Under the pieces are notes generated by a model. The model saw nothing but the letters and a program-made list of their open reading frames with translations. It was not told the DNA's origin and ran no database searches. A program made the position numbers and the translations under genes. A stretch of 64,000 nt of DNA from Fidelibacterota bacterium (GTDB lineage: Bacteria > Fidelibacterota > Marinisomatia > Marinisomatales > JAHJCW01). This document shows positions 28,823 through 38,555 of this stretch, one piece after another (position 1 is the stretch's first letter; each line of letters opens with the position of its first letter). The stretch spans positions 48,454-112,453 of the forward strand of contig JBHPLN010000002.1 of the NCBI GenBank assembly GCA_042564205.1. Direction: 5' to 3'.

Positions 28823-29725
28823 TTAGGATGTTACATTTTTGGATTTTAATTGAACTAAAACAGCACCAAGTACTGCAATGAACATCCCGATACTTTCAGA
28901 GAATGTTATCTTTTCATCAATAAAAATCCAGGCAAGAATGGCTATCTGAAATAACATTGTACCATTGATTATGCTCGATTCAATTGCCGAAATTGTGCGA
29001 AGAGTATGGTTCCATAGAGTAAATGCAAAAGCGGTATTTAGGACTGCTAACCAAATCAATAAGCCCCAATTATTCATACTGATGGTTGGTATATCCGCTG
29101 TGATAAAGCCAATAATTAACAGTAAAGCAGCACCAAAACCCATGCTGATAAATGTTACAATCATGGGGCTGATATTTTTATTTCGATTTATATCCCGTCC
29201 AAGAATTGATGACCCTGCATATGCCAATACACCTACCATCATTACCGCCAGACCAGTACCTTGGCTTCCACTAAGTGTTATTGGAAAGAAATAAAATATG
29301 ACACCAATTATAAAAAGAACCGATCCCAACCACTTTAGTTGGGTTGGTTTTTCGTTCAGGAATACGATACCCAGTACTGCTACGATTAGGGGTGTAAAAT
29401 TGAGCATAAGCGTTACACTAACTGCCGGAAGTAATGACAAACCAACAAATAGTGCCCCTTGTGTCAGTGTATAAAAAATCAATCCTAATAGTAATAGTTT
29501 TCGCCACTGCCAAACGGTGAGATTTCTAATCTCATCTATATATTTCTTTTTAATTATAAAAGGGATAAAACATAGAAATGCAATAAAGTAACGTAAGCCT
29601 GCAAAGATTATTGGTGGAATTTCCGCTAACCCCCATTTGATAAGAATAAAGGATGTTGACCAAAGAAAGGTGACTAAGAGAGCCTGAAGGACTGCTATGA
29701 AATGATGATAAAGCCTTTTATCCAA
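28823..29725 (-). CDS. EamA/DMT-superfamily transporter
   Basis: 10 predicted TM helices arranged as two EamA-like halves. Apparent TTG start. Confidence 0.8.
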   Translation of the reverse strand: MDKRLYHHFIAVLQALLVTFLWSTSFILIKWGLAEIPPIIFAGLRYFIAFLCFIPFIIKKKYIDEIRNLTVWQWRKLLLLGLIFYTLTQGALFVGLSLLPAVSVTLMLNFTPLIVAVLGIVFLNEKPTQLKWLGSVLFIIGVIFYFFPITLSGSQGTGLAVMMVGVLAYAGSSILGRDINRNKNISPMIVTFISMGFGAALLLIIGFITADIPTISMNNWGLLIWLAVLNTAFAFTLWNHTLRTISAIESSIINGTMLFQIAILAWIFIDEKITFSESIGMFIAVLGAVLVQLKSKNVTS

Positions 29726-29836
29726 GTATTGGACCTTTTTTGTAGACGCAAATTACGAGGACAATTCATTATTTGTTTAAAATTATTGTCCACTTCTTAT
29801 TAGTGCGTTCATATAATATATATCAGCAAATTTGGT

Positions 29837-30367
29837 TTATTTAGCTTTATTGGATTTTCTTAATATACTTGGAATCAACATAGGTACTCTTTTCATATAA
29901 CTTTCATATTTCGTGCCAAATGCTTTAAGTAAAAGTTTTTCTTCGTATTTTGATATATAGTAATAAAATATAACTATAATAATCCATACAACTAGAGAAG
30001 CGATCGAAAAGGTTAAAATAATTAATCCAAGATAGAATAGTATACAGCCTAAATATATGGGATGGCGTACAGTATTGAATACCCCTATTTCAATTATTTC
30101 GGGTTTTTCACGCTCCTCGCCAAAGACTACTCCAAGCCCTTTTTTTATTGTGTAAAATGCGATAAATAATAAGGGTAATCCAATCATCAGTCTAATAATA
30201 ATTGGGGTTTTATCTAGTAACATAGTGGAGTATTTAAATAAAAATGAATCGGTAATCCATACTATTAGGAATGTCATAAATAATAATAATTGTCCAAGAT
30301 CTCCGAAAGAATGCTCACCAACCAGGTCTTTACGTTCATCATGTCTTGTTAGTTTATTATTTTTCAT
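29837..30367 (-). CDS. Isoprenylcysteine carboxyl methyltransferase (ICMT)/phospholipid methyltransferase-family membrane protein
   Basis: VRHPIYLGCILFYLG ... YEEKLLLKAFGTKYESYMKRVPMLIP is the ICMT/PEMT C-terminal signature. Confidence 0.7.
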   Translation of the reverse strand: MKNNKLTRHDERKDLVGEHSFGDLGQLLLFMTFLIVWITDSFLFKYSTMLLDKTPIIIRLMIGLPLLFIAFYTIKKGLGVVFGEEREKPEIIEIGVFNTVRHPIYLGCILFYLGLIILTFSIASLVVWIIIVIFYYYISKYEEKLLLKAFGTKYESYMKRVPMLIPSILRKSNKAK

Positions 30368-30492
30368 AACAACTCATCACATATTATTTGGTATCAAAAA
30401 CCTACGAAGTTTTAAAAGGGATTCTATAGCACTTTTTTACGCGGTATAAGTAAGCTATAGATAAGTAGGCAAAATATTACATGCTATCAGAA

Positions 30493-30864
30493 TCAGCTTA
30501 GTAGGGAGTCTTTTGCATTTTCTATATTCTCAAAAACTCTAAACCGGAAACCTCTCTTTGCTGTTAAGCCGGCAACGAATTTTACTTGCAGCGACATTTT
30601 TCTGGGTACTACAGCAAATCTGATATTTTTCATTTCCGGCCTGGATGTTAGATCCTTAGCAAATTTGGTTAATTCGAACATTCCTGGATACGAGTTTACC
30701 TCGGTCGAATCGACTAGTACTTTTCTACAATTATGAAGTCTAATGAGTTTAATAGCTTCCTCTACTTCATAAGACAGATCTTCCAAAGTTGTTCTGGGCG
30801 GTTCCTTTACAAGGATGAATTCGTCCTTAGAATAATATTTTACAACTGGTTTAATATCGCTCAT
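30493..30864 (-). CDS. Hypothetical protein, possibly STAS/SpoIIAA-like fold (tandem paralogue A)
   Basis: 123 aa, collinear with 30868..31245 (..CxxVLVDxxxxxSxPxxxxxxxxAKxxxxxxxxxxxxAxV...F.....A..). The fold call is a guess. Confidence 0.4.
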   Translation of the reverse strand: MSDIKPVVKYYSKDEFILVKEPPRTTLEDLSYEVEEAIKLIRLHNCRKVLVDSTEVNSYPGMFELTKFAKDLTSRPEMKNIRFAVVPRKMSLQVKFVAGLTAKRGFRFRVFENIENAKDSLLS

Positions 30865-30867
30865 GAT

Positions 30868-31245
30868 CTATAAAAAAAGCCAATCCTCTGCTGAATCCAT
30901 GTCTGAAAACCTGTTTATTAAAATGCCACGGTTGGTCATAAAATTCGCAAAAAAACCAACATTGCTCTTAATATTTTCGCCAGTTATCATAGCAATTTTT
31001 AATCCAGACAAATCCTTTTTCAAAAGAAACTCTTTTGCCATCTGCAGTATTGCAGGAAATGGCGGAATTGATCGTGATTTTCTTCCATCAAGCAGTACAA
31101 GATCGCAATCGTACTTTTCTCTTAATTTCTTGACTTTTTTTACCATCGCCAGCATAGAATCGGTGGTCGGATTTTCAAGAGCTTCAATGAATATGACATC
31201 ATTTCCAGATATTTTTTTGTATGTGACTTTTGCTAATTCCATCAT
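30868..31245 (-). CDS. Hypothetical protein, tandem paralogue B
   Basis: 125 aa, with the same pattern as the neighbouring ORF. A 3-nt gap separates them. Confidence 0.4.
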   Translation of the reverse strand: MMELAKVTYKKISGNDVIFIEALENPTTDSMLAMVKKVKKLREKYDCDLVLLDGRKSRSIPPFPAILQMAKEFLLKKDLSGLKIAMITGENIKSNVGFFANFMTNRGILINRFSDMDSAEDWLFL

Positions 31246-31519
31246 TTCAAAATGATTGAATTTGAGTAAATATACATTACGATAACAGGTAACGCAAATT
31301 ATTGAATAAAGGCATTATCATTGGATAATTGCCTTATACCATCGAAAACTAAAATCAAAAGATTAGACATTGTAGTCAATATTTTTTAGCAATATTATTG
31401 CATAAGATTTAAAGTCATAATTGTTTAATAATTTCACTGCAATTAAACTAGCTGATAGGTTTTCATTTACAAATACACCCTACAAATAAAACTGATTTGT
31501 ATACAAAATAACATACGGC

Positions 31520-34500
31520 TTGATAATTAAACGTACCAACACATTTGACGCGCTATTAATATTTATTTGTTTAACAGCGTCTTCTGTTTTATCTCAAACA
31601 ACAAACCTTGTTATTAATGAAATCTTAACATCTAATGCGCATGTTATCAATGATCCAGATTTCAAAAATTATACAGATTGGATTGAATTACATAATAACG
31701 GAAATAGTATAATAAATCTGAATGGATTTAGTATAACAGACAATTTGAATGACAAAACAAAATTTATTATAGAAGAAAATATTGATATTCAGCCTGGTGG
31801 TTATCTACTCATTTGGGCCGATAATCAAGATACGGCACTTCATACAAACTTTGCGCTTAGTAAGGATGGCGGTAGCATTGCAATATTTGATCGAATGGGC
31901 AATACAATTGATATCATATCATACCCATATCAAATAGCCGACGTTTCATATGGTAGAACATCAGAAAATAGTAATAATTGGGAATTTTATTTTAACCCTA
32001 CTCCTAATTATCCAAATAATTCTACAGAATATTCTACTTTACAACGATTGAAACCACCGGAGTTTAGTATAGAAGGTGGTTTTTACACATCAGGTTTTTT
32101 TCTGGAATTATTAACTTCTGAGGGAACCGAGATTCGTTACACCCTTGACGGATCCGAACCTGATAGAAACTCGCTTCAATATATCAATCCGATATCTATC
32201 TCTGATCGCATAGGCGAACCAAATGTTATTTCTGAAATTCCAACCAATGAGTTTCCAGTATATTGGTTACCCGAATGGCAGCCGCCTCTAGGAGAAGTGC
32301 AAAAGGCAACGGTAATTCGGGCACGCGCTTACGGTTCAGGGATTTTGCCAAGCGAAATTGCTACACGAACATTTTTTGTTGGCGAGGAAGTATCTGAAAA
32401 ATATAAAGAGGTTCCTGTTATATCTCTTGTAACTGATAATAAATATTTATTTGACGATGATATTGGTATTTATGTACCAGGCGCAAACTTTGAAGGGATT
32501 AAGGGAACGGCCAACTATAATCAAAGATGGTTACGGCCGGCCAATATTGAATATTTTGAAATGGGTGGTAATTTAGGTTTTAATCAGGAGTTTGAGATTA
32601 AAATTCAGGGAAATTCTTCCACCACAAGCCCGCAAAAATCTATACAAGTCACTGCACGCAATAAATATGGTAACAATTTTCTAAACTATCCATTATTTAA
32701 AAACTCAAAACATAGAGCTAATAAAATACCAGAATTCAAACATTTCATAATTCATGCATGGGGAGGGCAGTGGGATGCGGGAATGATTAATGATGCATTT
32801 TCGCAACTTAGTTATACTAATTCCACTCTGGATTTCCAAGATTATTACCCCGTGATTTTATTTATAAATGGCGAATATTGGGGATTACAAGCGGTACGCG
32901 AAGCGAATAAAAATCCTTACTACTTCCAAAACCATTATGGAATAAATGTAGATGATCCAGGAGTAGATATTCTTTATGAACTGGAGGGCCTTGTGGATGA
33001 AGGCGATAATAAACACTGGGAAGAAATGATTGCTTTTCTAGAAAAAAATGATATTACCCAAGATGAAAATTATAATATTGTAAAAAGCATGATGGATGTT
33101 AACAACTTTATAGAGTACATCGGTCACTGTGTTTATTTTGATAAGGCTGATTGGCCTGGTGCCAATGAACACTATTGGCGACCGAGAACTGCAAATGGTC
33201 GATGGAAATGGATTCAATACGATATGGATATGACTTTAAGGAGTATTTATAATAATGAAATACAAAATGTTTTAGATTCTAAAAAAACTAAAACAAAAGT
33301 TCATCCTATAGCTGCACGACTTATTAAAAATCAAGAATTCAAAAATAATTTTATCAATTGGTTTATGGACCGTATGAATGCTGATTTTAAACCAGACGTA
33401 TTAATAAAATTGTTGCATGAGATTCTTAATAACCTGTACCAACACATGGAAGAGCATCAGCATCGTTGGGCTCTTGATCCGGATTTGCTAGGTAAGCATA
33501 CAACCTTAAATCGCTTCTTTATAAATGAGCGACCAGCTTATAAGATCGCACACATTAAATCATATTTCAAAATTGACTCAACTGCAAAAATATTAATTGA
33601 TCGAAACAACTCATACGGCAGGATAAAAATTAACACACTGACTATTGATGAAAACACACCGGGAGTTAATGATAAACCCTACCCATGGATTGGACAATAT
33701 TTTGAAGAAATACCTGTATCTCTAACGGCAATCCCCGATACTGGATACCAATTTCATCACTGGCAAATAAATAATGATTCAACTTTAAAATCTTCAGTAA
33801 TTGAATTGTTTTTAAATAAAGAAACTACAATCGAGGCTGTTTTTGGGAAACAGGATACAGTCAAGTCTATCTATATAAATGAATTATGTGCTTATAACGA
33901 CGATTTGATAAAGAATGAATTTGGTGAACAGAATGATTGGATAGAACTTTTCAATGCAGGTAATCGAACAGTTGATTTAAGTAAACTGTATCTAACAAAC
34001 GACTTTACACAGCCACTTAAATGGCGATTTGAAGTTAGACCGGATTCGCAAACATTTATCAATCCCGGGGAATATAAAATTGTGTGGTGTCATGATGATA
34101 CTAAAGAGACGGAAAGTCTTCGCACAAACTTTTCGCTAAATGACGACGGTGAACAATTGGGAATTAGTCAGATAGTAGCAGATGATACCATATTTATTGA
34201 TTCATTGACTTTCCTCGAGCAGTTTCTGAATATATCATTTGGACGAATTCCGGATGGGACAGGTGAATTTGAATATTTGACCGTACCAAGCCCTGGTTTT
34301 AGCAATATAGATGCCACTATTAGTACTGATGAACTTAAAAAGTATCGGCTCTTTCAAAATTATCCCAATCCTTTTAGTCACCACACCAATATAGAATTTT
34401 TTCTGCCAGATTTAACAAACATTGAATTAATTATATTTAACTTATTAGGAGCAAAGGTGAGATCATTAATAAATGGAGAAGAGGCTATCGGGTACAATAA

Positions 34501-34615
34501 AATATTATGGAATGGAAAGGATGATGCAGGAAAACAAATTCCGAGTGGAGTCTATTTTTATCAATTACGAATTAACAATAAACAAATTTCAAAAAAATTA
34601 TTGTACATTAAATAA
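31520..34615 (+). CDS. Secreted CotH-kinase-family protein: LTD, chitobiase-C-like domain, CotH, LTD, T9SS C-terminal domain (paralogue 1)
   Basis: Lamin-tail domains are LVINEILTSNA...YTDWIELHNNG...ITDN and IYINELCAYN...NDWIELFNAG...LTND. EIRYTLDGSEPD is the CHB_HEX_C-like domain. The CotH core is PQKSIQVTARNKYG...INGEYWGLQAVREANKN...WRPRT..RWKWIQYDMD. The T9SS tail is FQNYPNPFSHHTNIEFFL...GVYFYQL. Apparent TTG start. Confidence 0.8.
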   Translation: MIIKRTNTFDALLIFICLTASSVLSQTTNLVINEILTSNAHVINDPDFKNYTDWIELHNNGNSIINLNGFSITDNLNDKTKFIIEENIDIQPGGYLLIWADNQDTALHTNFALSKDGGSIAIFDRMGNTIDIISYPYQIADVSYGRTSENSNNWEFYFNPTPNYPNNSTEYSTLQRLKPPEFSIEGGFYTSGFFLELLTSEGTEIRYTLDGSEPDRNSLQYINPISISDRIGEPNVISEIPTNEFPVYWLPEWQPPLGEVQKATVIRARAYGSGILPSEIATRTFFVGEEVSEKYKEVPVISLVTDNKYLFDDDIGIYVPGANFEGIKGTANYNQRWLRPANIEYFEMGGNLGFNQEFEIKIQGNSSTTSPQKSIQVTARNKYGNNFLNYPLFKNSKHRANKIPEFKHFIIHAWGGQWDAGMINDAFSQLSYTNSTLDFQDYYPVILFINGEYWGLQAVREANKNPYYFQNHYGINVDDPGVDILYELEGLVDEGDNKHWEEMIAFLEKNDITQDENYNIVKSMMDVNNFIEYIGHCVYFDKADWPGANEHYWRPRTANGRWKWIQYDMDMTLRSIYNNEIQNVLDSKKTKTKVHPIAARLIKNQEFKNNFINWFMDRMNADFKPDVLIKLLHEILNNLYQHMEEHQHRWALDPDLLGKHTTLNRFFINERPAYKIAHIKSYFKIDSTAKILIDRNNSYGRIKINTLTIDENTPGVNDKPYPWIGQYFEEIPVSLTAIPDTGYQFHHWQINNDSTLKSSVIELFLNKETTIEAVFGKQDTVKSIYINELCAYNDDLIKNEFGEQNDWIELFNAGNRTVDLSKLYLTNDFTQPLKWRFEVRPDSQTFINPGEYKIVWCHDDTKETESLRTNFSLNDDGEQLGISQIVADDTIFIDSLTFLEQFLNISFGRIPDGTGEFEYLTVPSPGFSNIDATISTDELKKYRLFQNYPNPFSHHTNIEFFLPDLTNIELIIFNLLGAKVRSLINGEEAIGYNKILWNGKDDAGKQIPSGVYFYQLRINNKQISKKLLYIK

Positions 34616-34801
34616 GGATTACATCTCGTTACACTGTCGCATATAAGAAATAAATGTTTTATATGATTCACTTCTCAAATTAACTAATAAGTGGAATATA
34701 TTTTGTCGACGATCATTTTTATATAATTATACTACTTGGAAAGTGGCATAGTTCTTGTAGAATTATCATTAAAATGTTAAGAATAACCAATTGGAGTAAA
34801 C

Positions 34802-36151
34802 ATGAGATTTAAATCGACCCTATTAAAGATATTGCCGCTGATACTGCTAGCACTATTAATCACGCAATGTGAAGAAGCACTCAATCCTGTTGTAGAGCCC
34901 GAAAATTCATCAATTGCCGGAATCCTTGAAGACTGTTTTAACAATATTAATGGCATAGTTTGGTTGGACAGTAATCAGGACGGAGTAATTGACCCCGAAG
35001 AAGTATTATTTGAGGGAGTAGACGTTTTCTTAGTTGATGCTGAAGATGCAACACTCAGCGTAATCACTGATGAAAATGGATATTTTGAATTTACTGGGCT
35101 ATGTGCCGGTTCTTACGAACTTGAATTTGAAGTACCTGAAGGATATGATCATCTTTCACCTGACGAAGTTGATTTATTATTAGAATTACCAGACGAAATA
35201 ATTAATGTTAATTTGGCCCTATATGTAGAGGAAGAAACAGGTGATGATGATGACGACGATGATGACGACGATGAATTATTAGAAGGGGATGATGACGACG
35301 ACTGCGCAATAGAAGAAGGAGTGGCTCGCACGGCTATTGATGGCGCGAAATCAGCAGTGGGAGACGCGAGGGATTTATATGGTCTTGATATATCAGGGCT
35401 AGACCTGACCGAAGTTTTTGAAAAATTGGACGAGGCGGACGAGAAACTCGCTGAGGCCGAAGAAAAATTTATCGAAGGGAAATATTGCGATGTACTAGAT
35501 AAAGTTGAAGACGCCAATGATAAAATGGCAGATGCTCTTGAAAAATACGATGACATCTTGGAAGGAGATCTTGAAGGAGATGATGACGACGATAATAATG
35601 AAAAAGTAACCATTTGTCACAACGGACATAACCTAACGATCTCCGTTTCAGCACTTCAGGCGCATTTAAATCACGGTGACTACGAAGGAACCTGTGTTAA
35701 TGGTGAAAATGAATGTGTAGAGACTTTTGAAACCGTCAGTGCAGCCATTGTACTAGTACAAGATGCATTAGATGATGCAAATTCTTTTTTCAGTGGTGAA
35801 TTCCTGGGCCTCGACTTAGAAGAGGTCTTTGAAAAACTGGCCGAGGCAACTGAGAAACTTGAAGATGCTGAGGAAAAACTTGCTGAAGAAAAATATTGTG
35901 ATGCGCTTAAAAAAGTTGAAGACGCCGATGACAAAATAGATGATGCTTATGAAGAATATAACGAATTACTTGAGGAAGATCTTGAAGGTGACGACGATGA
36001 TGACGATGATGACGATGATGACGATGACGACGACGACGATGATGAAGCAACAACTACAGTTTGCCACAATGGTAAAACTAAAACAATTCCCGTTTCTGCG
36101 TTAAATAACCACCTTGGACATGGAGATACTGAAGGAGAGTGTGTAGATTAA
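34802..36151 (+). CDS. Poly-Asp acidic secreted (lipo)protein: SdrD-B-like domain plus two copies of a helical module, each ending in a CHNG...HGD..G.C motif
   Basis: The signal peptide ends in ...LLITQC. NGIVWLDSNQDGVIDPEE...TDENGYFEFTGLCAGSYELEF is the SdrD-B type domain. D9 and D18 runs are present. The duplicated block is GLD(I/L)..EVFEKL.EA.EKL..AEEK...(G/E)KYCD.L.KVEDA.DK..DA.E.Y...LE.DLEGDDDD followed by (I/V)CHNG....I.VSAL..HL.HGD.EG.CV. Confidence 0.65.
   Translation: MRFKSTLLKILPLILLALLITQCEEALNPVVEPENSSIAGILEDCFNNINGIVWLDSNQDGVIDPEEVLFEGVDVFLVDAEDATLSVITDENGYFEFTGLCAGSYELEFEVPEGYDHLSPDEVDLLLELPDEIINVNLALYVEEETGDDDDDDDDDDELLEGDDDDDCAIEEGVARTAIDGAKSAVGDARDLYGLDISGLDLTEVFEKLDEADEKLAEAEEKFIEGKYCDVLDKVEDANDKMADALEKYDDILEGDLEGDDDDDNNEKVTICHNGHNLTISVSALQAHLNHGDYEGTCVNGENECVETFETVSAAIVLVQDALDDANSFFSGEFLGLDLEEVFEKLAEATEKLEDAEEKLAEEKYCDALKKVEDADDKIDDAYEEYNELLEEDLEGDDDDDDDDDDDDDDDDDDEATTTVCHNGKTKTIPVSALNNHLGHGDTEGECVD
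35244..35270 (+). repeat. GAT/GAC trinucleotide tract (Asp9)
   Basis: gatgatgatgacgacgatgatgacgac-gat, in frame within 34802..36151. Confidence 0.9.
36000..36053 (+). repeat. GAT/GAC trinucleotide tract (Asp18)
   Basis: 18 consecutive Asp codons (gac gac gat gat gac gat gat gac ...). Confidence 0.9.
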
Positions 36152-36180
36152 TTTATTCGTTTTCTACTGCCCATTAACTA

Positions 36181-36215
36181 AATCCCCCATAACAACAAAT
36201 ATGGGGGATTTTTTT
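36181..36215 (+). terminator. Rho-independent terminator of the acidic-protein gene
   Basis: aatcccccata-acaacaaa-tatgggggatt followed by a T7 run, 30 nt after the stop codon. Confidence 0.8.
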
Positions 36216-36228
36216 AGCATAAAAAATC

Positions 36229-36272
36229 TAACCAATCCTAATTTTTCAAAGGCATATAAATAAAGTTGAGGT
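36229..36272 (+). repeat. Intergenic repeat family, solo degenerate copy M
   Basis: taaccaatcctaatttttcaaagg...aaagttgaggt. It shares AACCAATCC-ATTTTTCAA-GG and a GTTGAGG end with the 55-64 kb copies. Confidence 0.45.
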
Positions 36273-36434
36273 ATTAATTCCCAAGTAGGGGATACCTAAT
36301 CGTCAGTTTTTAACGATTATTATAATTTTGGAACATTATAATGGGGTAAAAATTGGATAACTATTTTCACATTTAAATGATACAATAATTATTTACTATA
36401 GAAGATATAAATTAAATTATTATATACACATTGA

Positions 36435-37214
36435 ATGCAGAAATCATATGAGGACTTAATGAAAAGAAAGAAGATCTTAATTGTAGGTGGCTTGGGGGAA
36501 GTTGGCCAGATTCTTTATAAAGGGCTTAAACCAAACTATGATATCTATATTTCCGATATAATAAGTAAAAATCGTGTAGAAATAGAAAATTATATCCAGA
36601 TTGATATTACTGATTTTGACCAGGTAAAAAAGAAAGTTTCTAAAGATATGGACACAATTATTAACCTGGCTGGTCTTCCACAACAGGATGCAATTGTATC
36701 ACATGACAAATTCAAACAAATGTGCGATGTCTATGTAATTGGTTCCTATAATATTTTTCTTATCAGTAAAATGTTTGGAATAAGGAAAGTCATTTTCTCT
36801 AGTACTAATCATGTCACCGGCGATTATGAATCTAATGGATATAGTAAGCTAAATCGCAGAATTTCTACGTCTGATTATCCATTATCAGATAGCGCATACG
36901 GTGCGTTGAAACTCTGTTCAGAACTCATTGGATATGTTTTCACGCAAGAACGATCTTTAAACGTTGTTTCTTTAAGAATAGGTACCTTAAAAAATAATGA
37001 AAAAGAAATTTTAAAATGTGACAACAGAGCACGAAGAACACTTTTAAGTAATAAAGATGCAATTAATCTATTTACTCAAGCGATTGAAACGCGTGTCAAA
37101 CATGGTGTGTATTATGGAGTGTCAGATAATCTAAACCGACCATGGTCAAATGATACTGCCAAAACTGAAATTTCTTACTCGCCCTCACAAAGCGCAAATG
37201 AATTAATTGAATAA
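36435..37214 (+). CDS. NAD-dependent epimerase/dehydratase-family SDR (uronate-dehydrogenase-like)
   Basis: ILIVGGLGEVGQ Rossmann motif, SSTNHVTG, and the YGALK catalytic YxxxK. An alternative start is the ATG at 36459 (preceded by GAGGA). Confidence 0.7.
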   Translation: MQKSYEDLMKRKKILIVGGLGEVGQILYKGLKPNYDIYISDIISKNRVEIENYIQIDITDFDQVKKKVSKDMDTIINLAGLPQQDAIVSHDKFKQMCDVYVIGSYNIFLISKMFGIRKVIFSSTNHVTGDYESNGYSKLNRRISTSDYPLSDSAYGALKLCSELIGYVFTQERSLNVVSLRIGTLKNNEKEILKCDNRARRTLLSNKDAINLFTQAIETRVKHGVYYGVSDNLNRPWSNDTAKTEISYSPSQSANELIE

Positions 37215-37225
37215 TCTATAATCTT

Positions 37226-38521
37226 CTAATTCTTTAATGTTTTATGTGTCTCTATTGCCCACTTTTGTATTTCTTTTCCACGATCTGTTTTAATCAAATT
37301 ATCAAATTCATTAGGATCATTATTTAAATCAAAAACTGCTAGTCTGTGTTCAGGAAAGCCCCGTAATCCATAAATATTTTGTGAAGCGTCATCAATTATA
37401 CCGGTGGAAACAAATTTAAATCTATCTTCCCTTACCATGCTTATACATCCACCACCCAGAACATTTTCAGCGAATCGTACTCTATCTTGAAATCTTCCTG
37501 ATCTAAAATTTTGCAGCGTGCTTATCCCATCCATATTATCACTAGGGATGTTAGCAAGGTCTAGAATGGTAGGGCAAATATCAATGGATCTACCAATTCC
37601 TTCCATGGCTAATGACTTATATCCAGGGATCCGCCACATTTGCATATTGGCATACAGGACCTCGTATGGATAATTACCATGTGACATACCCTCAATCATG
37701 TTATGTCCATCTATCATTACCTCCCTGTGAGGCAATTTGTCTCGAAAATGATCAAAAATTTCACCATGATTGCTGTAAATAAGATATGTAACATCTTTTA
37801 AATCCTTAGTCTTATTTACGATATCAGCAATAATAGTGTCGGCTTTGTTAAGTCCTGCTGTTCTTAATTCTGCGAATTCATCTGGTTTTATAATCGCGAG
37901 TAACCTGGCGGCAGCTGGCAGCTCTGCCCAACTCCGGGTTTTTTTACTTAGTTTATTTTTAAGCAGTCGCTTAATCGTTGTAAATGTGTTTTTATCTGCC
38001 AGTTTCAAAAGAAGTTTTTCATTTGTCCAGGGCCGGTGTGTGTGGCGAAGGAAGATGTGGGCATAAAATTTTTTTGATTTTCTAATTTTATTTATCCATT
38101 CCTCTAAACCCATTTTATAGGGCGAATTAAATTGTTTTAACCTATCTGGCTGATCTTTTAGCCAAATACCTTTCATGCCGCCCTGAACGGCCCAGGAACC
38201 TAAATTATCCTTGTTTGTTACTCCTATACTGGTAAGTATTTCATAGCCGCGTTCTTGGAGATTCTCGATCACAGTTTTAGGTAGGTGCCCTGTGCCGTCA
38301 GTTTCATATCCACTTTCTATTAATTTTGAGCCACAAAATCTTGCAGTCCAAACTCCCGTCATTTCAGCATTGAGTGAATCGCCCTGGTGGTGTCCTTGCG
38401 CTCTACTGTGTGGTATATAGATTGTCGATTCGCGCCATTTATCTAGAAAAGGAGTAGCGCGCCGTTTGCTGTGAAAATCGCGCATGTCAAGACAGTGTAA
38501 ACCAATGATTATAAAATTCAT
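37226..38521 (-). CDS. Sulfatase-like hydrolase/transferase (alkaline-phosphatase superfamily)
   Basis: LPKTVIENLQERGYEIL, LIYSNHGE, NMQMWRIPGY and GRSIDICPTILDLANIP match conserved sulfatase-family blocks. A canonical C/S-x-P-x-R site is not evident. Confidence 0.55.
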   Translation of the reverse strand: MNFIIIGLHCLDMRDFHSKRRATPFLDKWRESTIYIPHSRAQGHHQGDSLNAEMTGVWTARFCGSKLIESGYETDGTGHLPKTVIENLQERGYEILTSIGVTNKDNLGSWAVQGGMKGIWLKDQPDRLKQFNSPYKMGLEEWINKIRKSKKFYAHIFLRHTHRPWTNEKLLLKLADKNTFTTIKRLLKNKLSKKTRSWAELPAAARLLAIIKPDEFAELRTAGLNKADTIIADIVNKTKDLKDVTYLIYSNHGEIFDHFRDKLPHREVMIDGHNMIEGMSHGNYPYEVLYANMQMWRIPGYKSLAMEGIGRSIDICPTILDLANIPSDNMDGISTLQNFRSGRFQDRVRFAENVLGGGCISMVREDRFKFVSTGIIDDASQNIYGLRGFPEHRLAVFDLNNDPNEFDNLIKTDRGKEIQKWAIETHKTLKN

Positions 38522-38555
38522 GATCCGATATTTCTCAAGTTAATGAGAGTAATAA

